35,153 bases of DNA from contig NC_057750.1 in assembly GCF_004010195.1 (NCBI RefSeq), forward strand, positions 12,910,834 to 12,945,986, in the 5' to 3' direction. A model generated the notes under the pieces. It was given only the letters and a program-made list of their open reading frames with translations. It did no database searches and was not told the origin of the DNA. Source of the stretch: Chiloscyllium plagiosum (Eukaryota). Position 1 is the stretch's first letter. The number at the start of each line of letters is the position of its first letter. The position numbers and the translations under genes are program-made. Shown here piece by piece: positions 34,120 through 35,153 of the stretch.

Positions 34120-34700
34120 TTAACTCTCTGCTGCCTAAATGAACGTTTTCACCTTTCTCTATATTGAATATCATCTGGCCTACATTTGCCTCCTCCACCT
34201 CTATGGCCATTGACGTTCTCCACCATCCTTGCCAAACTTCACGGTTTTGTATCATCTGCAAATTTCAAAATGGTGCCCTGAACACAAAGCGCTAGGTCAG
34301 GAACAGCAAGGCTCTCCCCTGGAGAAAGTCAACTTCAAGTCTTCCTCCAGCTCAAAGCAAAACTTCCTAACCACTATTCTGTTTTCTATTACTCAGCCAA
34401 TTTTATATCTACATTGCCCTATGAGGTGTAACTTTGCTCCAAAGACTGTCGTGTGGTACTTTCTCAAGCACCTTCTGGATGTCCAAGCAAACTTTATCAT
34501 TTTGCCTTCCGCAATTCTCTGCTACTGTTTCAAAAAACTCCAGCGGTTGATAAATGATAAATCGATGTGGATTTTCCTTTGCTGACCCACAACTTCTGAA
34601 GTGATTATTAATTTTGTTCCAAAACTATCATTCCTAGATCTTCTCCACCACTGAGATGAAACTATCCCCCCTGTGGTTGTTAGGTTTAACATTACAGCCC
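34120..34700 (-). mobile_element. Highly degraded CR1 RT fragment
   Basis: Minus strand aaatttgcagatgatacaaaa (KFADDTK) near 34245-34265; QMIFNIEK in ORF 34076-34261. Confidence 0.65.
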
Positions 34701-34983
34701 TGCTCTGAAGAGAGGGTGGATGATTGTATTTACAATTTCACTGCGTAACACTCAACACTAACAGAACAAATTCTTCCTCGCTTCCATCATCTGCTGCACA
34801 CCTCTATTTCTTCAACTGTCCAGTCCAGATAGACGGACATGAACACCACAGGACAGGAATATGAATGCAAGCTCAAATGAAAGTACTCTCTCTACCATCA
34901 AGGGACAGAACTATTACCAGACTAGAAATCTAAAGGACAGTACCACTGGGGCCAGTGCCTATCACTGGACTGTTAATCAAAAG

Positions 34984-35153
34984 GGATTCTGGATCAGTGG
35001 TGCTGGAAGAGCACAGCAGTTCAGGCAGCATCCGAGGACAGGCAAAATCGACTCGTCGGGCAAAAGCCCTTCATCAGGAATAAAGGCAGTGAGCCTGAAG
35101 CATGGAGAGATAAGCTAGAGGAGGGTGGGGGTGGGGATAGAGTAGCATAGAGT
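34984..35153 (-). mobile_element. Penelope-like terminus (runs off the window) with hammerhead remnant
   Basis: Reverse complement of ~15690-15850; CTGATGA at 35077-35071, GGGC-tttt-GCCC, mutated GAAA. Confidence 0.85.

Noticed and set aside
32025..34123. Long ORFs of 400-680 aa on both strands
   Set aside because: They arise from a stop-free 29-bp tandem repeat that is open in every frame; there is no independent coding evidence.

Overview
Repeat-dense, non-coding vertebrate DNA with four assembly gaps. The repeat set (HE1-like SINEs, HER1/CR1 LINE ends, a DeuSINE, Penelope elements) points to a cartilaginous fish, probably a shark; this is an inference. I found no intact host gene. Main contents: (1) a decayed endogenous retrovirus on the minus strand (~880-4830) with recognisable gag MHR, Zn-knuckle, protease, RT, RNase H and integrase remnants but no visible env or LTR; (2) many CR1, L2 and SINE fragments, often nested; (3) about 12 Penelope-like (GIY-YIG) insertions, most of them only 80-380 bp terminal units with 10-13 bp target-site duplications and parts of a minimal hammerhead-ribozyme motif whose stem II covaries between copies; (4) a ~2 kb array of a 29-bp unit, which explains all the long ORFs at 32-34 kb; (5) a possible Ig V-domain pseudo-exon between gaps. 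The most interesting signal is the family of hammerhead-bearing mini-elements, which occurs as single, direct-repeat, fold-back and inverted forms with apparently recurrent target sites. Repeat boundaries were estimated by eye.
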